From positions 1 through 61,660 of IMG/VR virus record IMGVR_UViG_3300007535_000176: 61,660 bases of DNA; one strand, given 5' to 3'. How positions within the stretch are numbered: position 1 is the stretch's first letter; each line of letters starts with the position of its first letter. Under the pieces are notes generated by a model. That model made no database searches. It saw only the letters and a program-made list of their open reading frames with translations, and was not told where the DNA came from. Shown here in pieces: positions 48,183-56,943 of this stretch. The position numbers were made by a program, and so were the translations under genes. This DNA comes from a virus (taxonomy: Duplodnaviria; Caudoviricetes).

Positions 48183-49277
48183 TTACCACCCGATTTTTTC
48201 CCAAGGAACGTCTTTGTCACCAAAATGGCCGTAGACACAATTCTCACTGTATTCAGTGAAGTTGAACAAGTCAAAGCGATCAATAATTCCCTTTGGTGTA
48301 AGGTCAATGTTGTCCCTAATAAACTTTTCGATACTGCGATTGTGTCCGTTACTGTCTACGTAGATACTTATCGGTTGCTTGACACCAATAGCATAAGATA
48401 ACTGTATTTGACACCAATCTGCCATGTCATGTGCCACGACATTCTTAGCAAGCCAACGTGCTGCATATGCCGCACTGCGATCAACCTTTGTGGGATCCTT
48501 TCCACTGAACGCCCCGCCGCCATGGGGAGCCCAGCCGCCGTATGTGTCTACGATGATTTTGCGACCGGTTAGTCCTGCGTCTCCATCCGGTCCGCCGATG
48601 ACGAAGTTGCCCGTTGGGTTGATGTGCCATTGTGTATCCCTGTCAATCATTCCACCTAATACGTCTTCAGCTGCATTGCGGATTGCTTGACGGGCTGAGT
48701 GGACGAAACCCTGTGTATGTTGGTGGCTGCATACGACAGAGCTGACCCTCCTGGGAGTGTCCCCTTCATATTCGACGGTGATCTGGCTTTTAGAATCTGG
48801 AAGGAGATAATCGTATCCGCCGTCGCGTAATTCATCAAGTCGTTGTAGGAGACTATGTGCGAGGCTGATAGGCGTGGGGAGAAGGTTAGTTGTTTCGTTG
48901 CTTGCGTAACCAAACATGATTCCTTGGTCGCCTGCACCGAAGTCATCAGTGGCCAGCGCAATGTCGCCTGACTGCGCATGTAGTTCATTGTATATTCTGA
49001 GGGTAGGCCAGTCGAACCCGCCGCCATCAGGATATCCAATGGTCCTGACTGTATCCCGTACGATCTGTTCAACCTGTGCTTTGCTGATATTGAAGTTTTT
49101 GACTTCCCCAGCAAGAGTGACCATATTTGTTGTAACAAGAGTTTCGATTGCACATCGTGTCGTTTCATCTCCAGCTTGCAGAGCTGCGTCGAGCAATGCG
49201 TCTGAAATTTGATCTGCAACTTTGTCAGGATGTCCACGGCTTACGCTTTCACTTGTAAATGTATATGTTCTTGTCAT
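48183..49277 (-). CDS. metK: S-adenosylmethionine synthetase
   Basis: FTSESVSRGHPDK, GAGDQGIMFGYA, GGPDGDAGLTGRKIIVDTYGG, HGGGAFSGKDPTKVDRSAAY, YGHFG. Confidence 0.98.
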   Translation of the reverse strand: MTRTYTFTSESVSRGHPDKVADQISDALLDAALQAGDETTRCAIETLVTTNMVTLAGEVKNFNISKAQVEQIVRDTVRTIGYPDGGGFDWPTLRIYNELHAQSGDIALATDDFGAGDQGIMFGYASNETTNLLPTPISLAHSLLQRLDELRDGGYDYLLPDSKSQITVEYEGDTPRRVSSVVCSHQHTQGFVHSARQAIRNAAEDVLGGMIDRDTQWHINPTGNFVIGGPDGDAGLTGRKIIVDTYGGWAPHGGGAFSGKDPTKVDRSAAYAARWLAKNVVAHDMADWCQIQLSYAIGVKQPISIYVDSNGHNRSIEKFIRDNIDLTPKGIIDRFDLFNFTEYSENCVYGHFGDKDVPWEKIGW

Positions 49278-49414
49278 TTTTTTCCAGTTAAATTTTTTAA
49301 GATCTCATTATCGACTTCTTTTACTATTTCTCCTGAAAGAGATTTTGTTAATATTCGAAACAAAAGAGATTGGCGATCCTCTTTTTGTAGTTCACTGAAT
49401 CTTATGTGCCCCAT
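49274..49414 (-). CDS. 46-aa hypothetical protein
   Basis: Hand-translated MGHIRFSELQ...LSGEIVKEVDNEILKNLTGKK*; ATGA-coupled to metK. Confidence 0.55.
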   Translation of the reverse strand: MGHIRFSELQKEDRQSLLFRILTKSLSGEIVKEVDNEILKNLTGKK

Positions 49415-50286
49415 GCATTTCCGAACAAATCAATATGAAGTCTTGGAGTAAATCTCCATCCTTGCTCCATGGCAAGTTCTGCGACGTCTTTAACCGTGAG
49501 TTCATACTCTTCGCTTCTCCCGCCTAGTGGCATGAGATAAACAGGAATGTCACGATTAAGTTCACGGCGATACTCAGCAACAGCTTGTTTGACTTCATCA
49601 ACGTCCTGTCTGTCTGCCACAACAAACTTCAAATACAAATGCACATGTGGCAGGCTGAGGTATTGACGAGCCACCTCAGGACGGATAGCATCTTCCCAAG
49701 TCTCGCCGCTAACGCTCAACTTGGGTGAGCAGCTAAACGTTACTTCGAAGTTTCGGTGATAATTGTCCAGATAATCATATAGCGGCTCGCGCAGCATTTG
49801 AGTAGTGTTGGTCTCAAATGTGATATTTTTCAAGTCACGCATACGTGGTTGATCCAGCAACTCTGGATACATTGTTTGCCAGCCTAACAGTGGCTCACCG
49901 CCAGTAAAAATAAGGTGCACATCTTGACCATTGTCCTGATACCAGCGATTATTAGGCACTTCAGCTAATAATTTTTCTGGCAACTCGTCCACTGGCGCGG
50001 TGGCATTGAAATGCTTAAACTCTGGATAGATGCTTGCGTATGTGTCACATCCTGTGTGAACAAGCGGCAAGTCTTCGAAACGTTCAGCTGACTCGTGAAC
50101 ACCATCTTCAATTAATTTGGCAACTTCTGGGTTGTAACGTCCCTTGGGTGTGCCGCGGGGAAGTCCGAAGTTCATACAACGAAAGTTGCAACCAAATGTG
50201 CGAAAAAACACACTAGGCACGCCAACAAAACGCCCCTCACCTTGCACTGAATAAAATATCTCAGTGTATCGAATTTCTTTAACCAT
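49402..50286 (-). CDS. queE: 7-carboxy-7-deazaguanine synthase (radical SAM)
   Basis: EIFYSVQGEG..VGVPSVFFR..GCN; GCDT; TGGEPLL; ETN; SPKL; PRLH. Confidence 0.9.
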   Translation of the reverse strand: MVKEIRYTEIFYSVQGEGRFVGVPSVFFRTFGCNFRCMNFGLPRGTPKGRYNPEVAKLIEDGVHESAERFEDLPLVHTGCDTYASIYPEFKHFNATAPVDELPEKLLAEVPNNRWYQDNGQDVHLIFTGGEPLLGWQTMYPELLDQPRMRDLKNITFETNTTQMLREPLYDYLDNYHRNFEVTFSCSPKLSVSGETWEDAIRPEVARQYLSLPHVHLYLKFVVADRQDVDEVKQAVAEYRRELNRDIPVYLMPLGGRSEEYELTVKDVAELAMEQGWRFTPRLHIDLFGNAWGT

Positions 50287-50588
50287 CAGGTAATATATCC
50301 TTGTAGCTTGGCCATTGTTATGCCGTCATTGACAAATGTTATCTTGACTGTTGGTTCGCCATAGTCTCGGCTCACATCATCTAAAATAAAACTGCTCGTG
50401 CTAAAACCCAGTTTGTCTACAAACCAACGACATGCTGCTTCATGTAGCTCTCCATAATCAATATCGGATTGATTTTCTAAAGTTCCAGGCTCTAGGTATA
50501 CCACTATGCTATTACCTAGTAATTCAGAAAAGCACCCTGTGACCCCTTTAGGGGTCACTGTGACCCCTGTGACCGTTTCTTTACCCAT
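50286..50588 (-). CDS. Hypothetical protein
   Basis: 100-aa ORF; 5' end built from GGTCACAG repeats. Confidence 0.55.
   Translation of the reverse strand: MGKETVTGVTVTPKGVTGCFSELLGNSIVVYLEPGTLENQSDIDYGELHEAACRWFVDKLGFSTSSFILDDVSRDYGEPTVKITFVNDGITMAKLQGYIT
50537..50574. repeat. Three CTGTGACC direct repeats with an embedded GTGACCCC-ttta-GGGGTCAC hairpin
   Basis: Read directly at 50537, 50558 and 50567. Confidence 0.6.
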
Positions 50589-51141
50589 CCATATTCTCCA
50601 TGATACGTTGCATAGCAGACGTCATGCGTCGCGCCTGCTTCTTGCGAGCTGCCTTTAGTTTAACACTTCCTACGCGATCTGTAAAGAGTATACCTTGAAG
50701 GTGATCGTACTCATGTAGGAATACACGACAGTCCATGCCAAACAGTGTGGCTTGTGCTCGTTCTCCAGTTTCATCTTCCCAGCTTGCGCGGATCATGTCT
50801 GGACGCTTGACTTTGAGATAAAGACCGGGGTCGCTCAAACAGCCCTCGCTCATAAGCACCTTGTCATCACTGACCTCGTGTATCTGTGGATTGAACATGG
50901 CAACCATATCTTTTTGCACCATTTGGACATGAACAGCGGCATTAAGATTGATCTGATTAGCTGCGAGCCCTATTCCACGATGTTGTTCCATCACGCTTTT
51001 CATGTGATTGCTCACTGCGCGACGATACTCCACATTGTCTTGGGGGAATGGCGTTACTTGGATTTCAAGTGCTTGGTGCGGAACATATACTAGCTGATGA
51101 GCATTTAGGTCTGTTTGGTTTTCTGTCGCGTCGTCGTTCAT
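50581..51141 (-). CDS. def: Peptide deformylase
   Basis: GIGLAANQ, EGCLS, HEYDHLQG. Confidence 0.95.
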   Translation of the reverse strand: MNDDATENQTDLNAHQLVYVPHQALEIQVTPFPQDNVEYRRAVSNHMKSVMEQHRGIGLAANQINLNAAVHVQMVQKDMVAMFNPQIHEVSDDKVLMSEGCLSDPGLYLKVKRPDMIRASWEDETGERAQATLFGMDCRVFLHEYDHLQGILFTDRVGSVKLKAARKKQARRMTSAMQRIMENMDG

Positions 51142-51329
51142 TTTTTGTGTCCTCTGGGCCATGAGAACCATGACTTTAGTAGATTAGAGAATGATTTTTT
51201 TGGATTTTCATCCATGTGAAGATTTTTTGGTTGCTTTGGTTCTTTTGAGTCTGGATCAAGGTCGCGTCTAAACATAGGATCTTTCAGTCTGTTCGCTCCA
51301 GGCAAGATGGGCATCATTGCGGAGTCCAA
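51138..51329 (-). CDS. Hypothetical protein
   Basis: Coupled small ORF between tdk and def. Confidence 0.5.
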   Translation of the reverse strand: MDSAMMPILPGANRLKDPMFRRDLDPDSKEPKQPKNLHMDENPKKSFSNLLKSWFSWPRGHKK

Positions 51330-51868
51330 TGATCAAGACACCTAGGTTCATAAACCCCAACGCTTCCAACATTTACTCTGTCTTCAACATCATCAATACG
51401 TTGAGTTTTGGTTCCGTTTTTACCACACACAGAACATACGCTCTGTATTAGCTTGACTTCGTCACTGACAGCCAAAAGCAGAGCAGTGGTCTCAAATGGC
51501 TGACCCCTGCTATCTTGATTAAGACCGGCGGCAACGACATTGATTCCATCCACCAGCATTTGGTGAACAACGTCTAGTGTTTGCTTGGTGTCCATGAACT
51601 GAACTTCGTCCAAAAACACTGTATGATAGTTATAACGCTTTAGGTTGTATTTGTCAAGTACCTGATCCCAATCACGCATACTAAAACAAGGAAATCTAAG
51701 TTGATCATGGGTTGCTATATGATCCTCACTATATCGGTTATCGATTCCTGGTTTTAGGACTAGAACATTGTGGTTGCAATGATTGATCCAAAGTATTTCT
51801 TGTAGTATATGCGAAGTCTTTCCTGCATACATTGGTCCGGTTATGGTTTTAAGTTTCCCTGTCGTCAT
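51314..51868 (-). CDS. tdk: Thymidine kinase
   Basis: GPMYAGKTS, DNRY, LDEVQF, AAGL..D....F, CSVCG, YEPRC. Confidence 0.96.
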   Translation of the reverse strand: MTTGKLKTITGPMYAGKTSHILQEILWINHCNHNVLVLKPGIDNRYSEDHIATHDQLRFPCFSMRDWDQVLDKYNLKRYNYHTVFLDEVQFMDTKQTLDVVHQMLVDGINVVAAGLNQDSRGQPFETTALLLAVSDEVKLIQSVCSVCGKNGTKTQRIDDVEDRVNVGSVGVYEPRCLDHWTPQ

Positions 51869-52046
51869 GGTCGTCGCCTAACAAATCATCAAAATCTTCA
51901 CGAAAATCATCGTGAAGTTTATGCGTGGCTTGTTCGATTCGAGTCATCTTGTCTGACATAGTATCCAAGGTTCTGGTTAGCTCATCTAGTTGTTTGGTGA
52001 GCCCATCAATTTTCTTTTGTAGATCTCGTTCGTTATGTGTTGTCAT
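51849..52046 (-). CDS. Hypothetical coiled-coil protein
   Basis: Heptad pattern; coupled to neighbours. Confidence 0.6.
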   Translation of the reverse strand: MTTHNERDLQKKIDGLTKQLDELTRTLDTMSDKMTRIEQATHKLHDDFREDFDDLLGDDHDDRET

Positions 52047-52440
52047 TATGTGATTTTAACTTATCCATGAGTTCGCATTCTTCTGCAAAATCTTCATATG
52101 CTCTTGTAACATTACTTATGGTTTGTAACAGCTCATGATTGATTTTGCTTATTATACGGTCCATGCTGTCACCAAGATCTTTAAGATCTGGATATTCTTT
52201 TTCAAGATCAGGTTTCCTAGGACATATTCCTAAAACCTGTTCGATTCGATCAATCCGTTCAGCGAGTGCCTCTTGGCCTTTCGCTAATTTAAAATCGCCA
52301 TCAACTATAAGGCTACCTTCAGGATCAACTTTGATATAATTGTCATAGTTCTGTTTTATTTCCATTGAATTTGGAATTGTCAAAATAGATGATGCTGAAG
52401 TTGTAAAAGTATAATTACTGGCGTTCATGAAATCATCCAT
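52033..52440 (-). CDS. Hypothetical protein
   Basis: 135-aa coupled ORF. Confidence 0.65.
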   Translation of the reverse strand: MDDFMNASNYTFTTSASSILTIPNSMEIKQNYDNYIKVDPEGSLIVDGDFKLAKGQEALAERIDRIEQVLGICPRKPDLEKEYPDLKDLGDSMDRIISKINHELLQTISNVTRAYEDFAEECELMDKLKSHNDNT

Positions 52441-53107
52441 GACCCTTCATACTAAAGCAGATGTCATAGAACTCTTTCCGCAGTGTTGGGTCATCCATGA
52501 ACTGGCCGCGCATGACACTAGTAGTCATGTCGCTTTCATGTTCTTTGACACCTCTGTGTGTCATGCAGTGGTGTTCAGCTTTGACTACGACTGCAATATT
52601 TTGAGTTTTGGCATGTTCTGCTAGAGCATTTGCGATCTCGGTTGTCATTTCTTCTTGAATCTGTGGGCGCTCAGCGATGTGATGAACAATGCGATTGAAT
52701 TTACTCAATCCAATAACCTCGCCGTTGGGGACAATACCAATCCAAGCTTTGCCCACAATATTTTGGAAGTGGTGCGCGCAGGTGCTGCGAATTGAGATAG
52801 GACCGCTTGTATAGAGGCCATTGTATCCCATATTAGGGAACGCTGTAACACGTGGTGCTGGGCGATATCGACCACCAAATGTCTCGTGTAAGAACATCTT
52901 GGCTACCCTTTTGGCAGTTTCTTTTGTATTATGGTCATGATCTGTGTCAATTACCAGTGCTTCCAGAACACCTTGCATGGCATTTTCTATTTCATCTTGA
53001 AGAACTTCGAGATCTTCTTCTTGGATAAATCCGCTTATGTTGTCGTTAGCATGGAAACGCTGGCCTGCATCTTGCAGTCTTTGTTTAATTTCTTGTGATT
53101 TTTTCAT
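52433..53107 (-). CDS. folE: GTP cyclohydrolase I
   Basis: ETAKRVAKM, STCAHH, IGLSKFNR, RPQIQE, HHCM..RGV. Confidence 0.96.
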   Translation of the reverse strand: MKKSQEIKQRLQDAGQRFHANDNISGFIQEEDLEVLQDEIENAMQGVLEALVIDTDHDHNTKETAKRVAKMFLHETFGGRYRPAPRVTAFPNMGYNGLYTSGPISIRSTCAHHFQNIVGKAWIGIVPNGEVIGLSKFNRIVHHIAERPQIQEEMTTEIANALAEHAKTQNIAVVVKAEHHCMTHRGVKEHESDMTTSVMRGQFMDDPTLRKEFYDICFSMKGHG

Positions 53108-53120
53108 GTTGTCCTTTTCC

Positions 53121-54134
53121 TTATACCGAGGTCACAAAAGAGCCTGAACTCTCAAATGACACGGGGATGACGTTGTTTGCACCAAACTCAGCGCGAAATT
53201 TAGGCACATTATATGGATTGAGTAAAAACATAACGAAGCCACCTCCCCCAGCACCTAATAGCTTGCCACCATAAGCACCCATGTCTATGCCTGTATTGTA
53301 TATATCATCGACGACAGCGTTTGTCACGCCCGTGCCGAGATTTTGTTTGAGCATCCAGCTTTGGTTTAGCAATGCTCCGAGATCCTTGATAGCACTCACA
53401 TCATTGCGGTGGTTCTCGAGTATGTGTTGCCCGGTCCTTGTCATCTCATACATTGTATTTAGATAATCGGCATTAGAACCTTGACGAGTTCGTGTAATTT
53501 GAGCACTGACTGTTTCGCTAGCATGTCGTTGTATGTCGGTATAGACCAAATACATTGATTTATTCAGTGTTGTCATTCGCCCACGACTGATTTTTGGATA
53601 TGTTGGTTGTATATCCAGCTCGTCATCTATCATGTTGAAGTCATAACGCGCAAATCCACCATATGCGGCATGTGTTTGATCCTGCACACCAACATTTTCA
53701 CCTAGAACATCACGCTCTATGCGAATGGCTTGACGGGTAAGCCATGAAGCCTCAGGCAAGCTATCACCGCCTTCGCGTAGTGTTTCAATTAGGTTGATGA
53801 AGCCAACAGTAAAGCTAGAACTACTACCAAGACCGGTGCTACCAGGCAAGTCACTCACTGTGTAAAACCCTGTTGGAATATCATAATCCGCGTCACGCAA
53901 GACTTCTCGTATCACAGGATGACTAATATCGTCAATGCTGTCACAGTCTTCAACAACCCTGTAGCTGATGCGAAACTTTTGTTCTGATATTGAGGCTAGG
54001 TCCAGTGCTGTGGTGTAGATGTATTTGTTGATGCTGCCACCTAGGACGGCACTGGGGTTGGTTTCAAAATACGCAGGGTAGTCAGTTCCACCACCGAAGA
54101 AACTTACACGTAGCGGTGTCTTACTGATATACAT
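53121..54134 (-). CDS. hddA: D-glycero-D-manno-heptose 7-phosphate kinase (GHMP family)
   Basis: TPLRVSFFGGGTDY, LPGSTGLGSSS, GVQDQ..AAYGG, GAYGGKLLGAGGGG. Confidence 0.9.
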   Translation of the reverse strand: MYISKTPLRVSFFGGGTDYPAYFETNPSAVLGGSINKYIYTTALDLASISEQKFRISYRVVEDCDSIDDISHPVIREVLRDADYDIPTGFYTVSDLPGSTGLGSSSSFTVGFINLIETLREGGDSLPEASWLTRQAIRIERDVLGENVGVQDQTHAAYGGFARYDFNMIDDELDIQPTYPKISRGRMTTLNKSMYLVYTDIQRHASETVSAQITRTRQGSNADYLNTMYEMTRTGQHILENHRNDVSAIKDLGALLNQSWMLKQNLGTGVTNAVVDDIYNTGIDMGAYGGKLLGAGGGGFVMFLLNPYNVPKFRAEFGANNVIPVSFESSGSFVTSV

Positions 54135-55303
54135 TAACGAATATACTCCTCAAACATCTCAAATAGATCTCCACCCACCCACTGGAGCCCTACAATTCCT
54201 GCTCGAAAACCTGCTTCAGCATCAGCTTCTTTGTCTCCGATCATGATGCTACGGCCTAGATCAACAGGCCAAGCCTCGATTAGATCTTCCAACATTCCAG
54301 GGCGGGGCTTGCGGCGCCGACTATCGAGCTCTATTTCATACTCAAGAGCATCAATATGTGCGCCGTGTTCTGCTAGAGTATACTGCATTTTCCTATGAAA
54401 TTCAAGGATATAATGCTCTTCATATTGTCCTTTTGTTACGCCACCTTGGTTTGTTACCACAAAAACATAGTATCCCATGTGATTTGCATGTTTTATCATC
54501 TCAATAGCACCGGGTTTGAATTCCATGTCGTCAGGATGATGGGTATAACCTTCTCTGTCATATGTTAGGGTGTTATCGCGGTCTATGAACAAGGCAGGAC
54601 GAGTGCGATGTTTCATGACTTCAATCTGAGCACGTTCATAATCTTCTGGTATGCCTATGTCAATGAAAAATGTGCTGCTGTTGGCAATACTGGCCGTTAC
54701 CATGCCCCGTCTGACAATTATCGGAATAAGATCATGTTCAAACGAAAAACTTTCAACAGGATGAAGTGGATTGACTGGGATTATGTCCTTGTTAATCACA
54801 TACACGCCTGAATTGATAAAGCCCTTGCTTTGTTTGCCACGTTCCAGGATGTCTTTGATCCTGTCCTTGTTGATATCTAGTGTCTCGTGACGCTGGGCAT
54901 TAGAGGAATATCGTCCAATCATGTGGATGCCTAGTGGTTTCTTGCTCATAAGCTCTGTGAGATCGTAGTCAATCCAACTGTCACCATTGAACAACATGAA
55001 ATGGTCGTCTAGATGTTCTTCAGCATTAACCAGGGCGCCTCCTGTTCCAAGTGGTTGAGACTCGAGGACAACTTGGCAAGAGGTGTGGTTAAATGTTACT
55101 CCATCATACATGGCTTTGAGCATCTCTCCCTGGTAACCACCAAGTAGCAAAATGCGTTCAAATCCCCAACGTGTGATTTCTTGTATTAAATGATCCAGGA
55201 AAGGACGGTCTCCAACTTCAAGTAGTGGCTTGGGGACATCTTCAGTAAGTTCACCAAGACGTGTCCCCTGCCCACCACAAAGTATAACAGCTTGCTTTAA
55301 AAT
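54134..55303 (-). CDS. Heptose-1-phosphate nucleotidyltransferase (HddC-like) fused to a GmhB-type HAD heptose-bisphosphate phosphatase
   Basis: ILCGGQGTRL..PKP, LGTGG, NGDS, FIDIG; then FIDRDNTL, TNQ, RKPRPGML, IGD; start placed at ATT 55303 behind GGAGG. Confidence 0.88.
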   Translation of the reverse strand: MLKQAVILCGGQGTRLGELTEDVPKPLLEVGDRPFLDHLIQEITRWGFERILLLGGYQGEMLKAMYDGVTFNHTSCQVVLESQPLGTGGALVNAEEHLDDHFMLFNGDSWIDYDLTELMSKKPLGIHMIGRYSSNAQRHETLDINKDRIKDILERGKQSKGFINSGVYVINKDIIPVNPLHPVESFSFEHDLIPIIVRRGMVTASIANSSTFFIDIGIPEDYERAQIEVMKHRTRPALFIDRDNTLTYDREGYTHHPDDMEFKPGAIEMIKHANHMGYYVFVVTNQGGVTKGQYEEHYILEFHRKMQYTLAEHGAHIDALEYEIELDSRRRKPRPGMLEDLIEAWPVDLGRSIMIGDKEADAEAGFRAGIVGLQWVGGDLFEMFEEYIR

Positions 55304-55878
55304 TGTGCGTCCTCCACGACTGAATCTTCTACCATAGCACAAACAAGATGCCCAACTGTGATATGACATTCTTGTATATGCGGTGTTTCGTGGCTGGGTG
55401 CGCGAAGAGCAATATCAGCCAATTGTGCCAGGGCACCACCATCATTTGATTCACCAACCATTGCGACGGTAGTGATGCCCATCTCTTTAGCTTTGTGGAA
55501 AGCCATGATGACATTATCGCTATTACCGCTTGTAGACAGCCCAACGAGCACGTCTCCGTCGCGACCGATACCCTCTAGTTGGCGAGCAAACACCATGTGA
55601 AAACCAAAGTCATTGCCAATAGCAGTAAGAGCACTAGTATCAACAGTGAGCGCCAAGCTTGGAAGTGGTCGTCGATCCTGTAGAAACTTGCCCATGAATT
55701 CTGCTGCTAGGTGCTGGCTATCAGCGGCACTGCCGCCGTTGCCACAAAAGATAACCTTGTTGCCCATTCGCAAGGCATTAATACATGCCTGAGCGATCTT
55801 ATCAATTGTGTCTGTCATCTCGTGTAGCCGTTCAACAGCACCAGCCGAGTTACGTAGATATTCTTCTGGGTCAACCAT
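55297..55878 (-). CDS. gmhA: Sedoheptulose-7-phosphate isomerase (phosphoheptose isomerase)
   Basis: CGNGGSAADSQHLAAE, TAIGNDFGF, STSGNS, IQECH. Confidence 0.96.
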   Translation of the reverse strand: MVDPEEYLRNSAGAVERLHEMTDTIDKIAQACINALRMGNKVIFCGNGGSAADSQHLAAEFMGKFLQDRRPLPSLALTVDTSALTAIGNDFGFHMVFARQLEGIGRDGDVLVGLSTSGNSDNVIMAFHKAKEMGITTVAMVGESNDGGALAQLADIALRAPSHETPHIQECHITVGHLVCAMVEDSVVEDAQF

Positions 55879-56934
55879 TTAGGTTCTCCTTAACATTTGA
55901 TCGAACATTATCCGCGGGTCGATAAAATCACGGATACGATCTTTTTGTGGTATGAGGACGTCCTTGAATTCATCGTAATGATCAAGTCGTTCCTGAATGA
56001 AAGCTTGTAACTCTCTTTTGTAGAAATGGAAGTTCTCCAAGCTTGATGTCCAATGCTCTGGATATAAGAAATCGCTATAGTATATTTCGCTATATGCGGC
56101 ACGATCCGGAGCGATTGGAATGCAGTCTAGCAATGTGCCTTCAATCATGCTCATGCCCAAATTTTCATGCAGTGAGCAACTAAAAACTACCTTGCTTTTG
56201 GCTAGTTTAGCATAGTATTCATCTTTTATCAAGTTGTGTTTTTGCGTGATGAATACATCAAACGTCTTGCTGAGATCTTCAGCAATTTCAGGTTGTTTGT
56301 CTTCATTGTATCTGTGCGGCCACATAACCGTGTCGGTTTTTTCTGTGGTATCAAACTGAGAAAGCGTGTCGAGCAGATACAAGTAGGGTTGACCACTTAC
56401 AATAGCGCGGCCTTGGTCCTCTTGTGGTATTTCCAAATTGCGCAGGAACATTTCACAGTGGAAGTGTGTGGCAAAATAAATGTGATCCATGGCATAATAC
56501 AAACTGCGTTCCAATTCGTATGGCCAGGGCTTCTGCATTTTTAGTCCGAGGATATCGCTCGGGTCATATGCTCCAGCGTGAGCAATTCCATGAATGGACC
56601 AAGATTTTCCCAAAAGGTCACGCATATAAGCAAGTTGAGAAATCGCGGGGTTCCAGAAATCTGTAACGAGGATAACAGCGTCGTCTGAGACATTTCCTTT
56701 ATACATCTCGTCAATAAAATGAGTGATTTGTGTGCTTTTCCAATAGTTGGTATCAGCAAAATTGAGGAACCCGCCTCTTGTAGTATTTGTTGATTTTTGT
56801 TTACCGATTGCGCTGTGGATCTCATAGTTGGCATCGCCTAAAAACCTTTCAAGTTGGTCTGGGACGCCATTATACCATTGTTTGGTGTAACGAGCGTCCA
56901 GAGGCTCTAGTGGAAATATCCAAAATTGATTCAT
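55879..56934 (-). CDS. Glycosyltransferase, GT-B fold (GT4-like)
   Basis: WPHR...KQP, YY..L..SKVVFS.SLHENLGMSMIEG (Ex7E), PDRAAYSE. Confidence 0.8.
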   Translation of the reverse strand: MNQFWIFPLEPLDARYTKQWYNGVPDQLERFLGDANYEIHSAIGKQKSTNTTRGGFLNFADTNYWKSTQITHFIDEMYKGNVSDDAVILVTDFWNPAISQLAYMRDLLGKSWSIHGIAHAGAYDPSDILGLKMQKPWPYELERSLYYAMDHIYFATHFHCEMFLRNLEIPQEDQGRAIVSGQPYLYLLDTLSQFDTTEKTDTVMWPHRYNEDKQPEIAEDLSKTFDVFITQKHNLIKDEYYAKLAKSKVVFSCSLHENLGMSMIEGTLLDCIPIAPDRAAYSEIYYSDFLYPEHWTSSLENFHFYKRELQAFIQERLDHYDEFKDVLIPQKDRIRDFIDPRIMFDQMLRRT

Positions 56935-56943
56935 AACAGTTCC

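Noticed and set aside
49402-50286. Anaerobic ribonucleotide reductase activase NrdG
   Set aside because: SVQGEG, GCDT, SPKL and PRLH motifs plus folE and dpdA context favour QueE, and no nrdD is in the window
55304-55369. ORF-track ATG start for the HddC-GmhB fusion
   Set aside because: It lies deep in gmhA and gives an implausible N-terminus; ATT at 55303 behind GGAGG fits better
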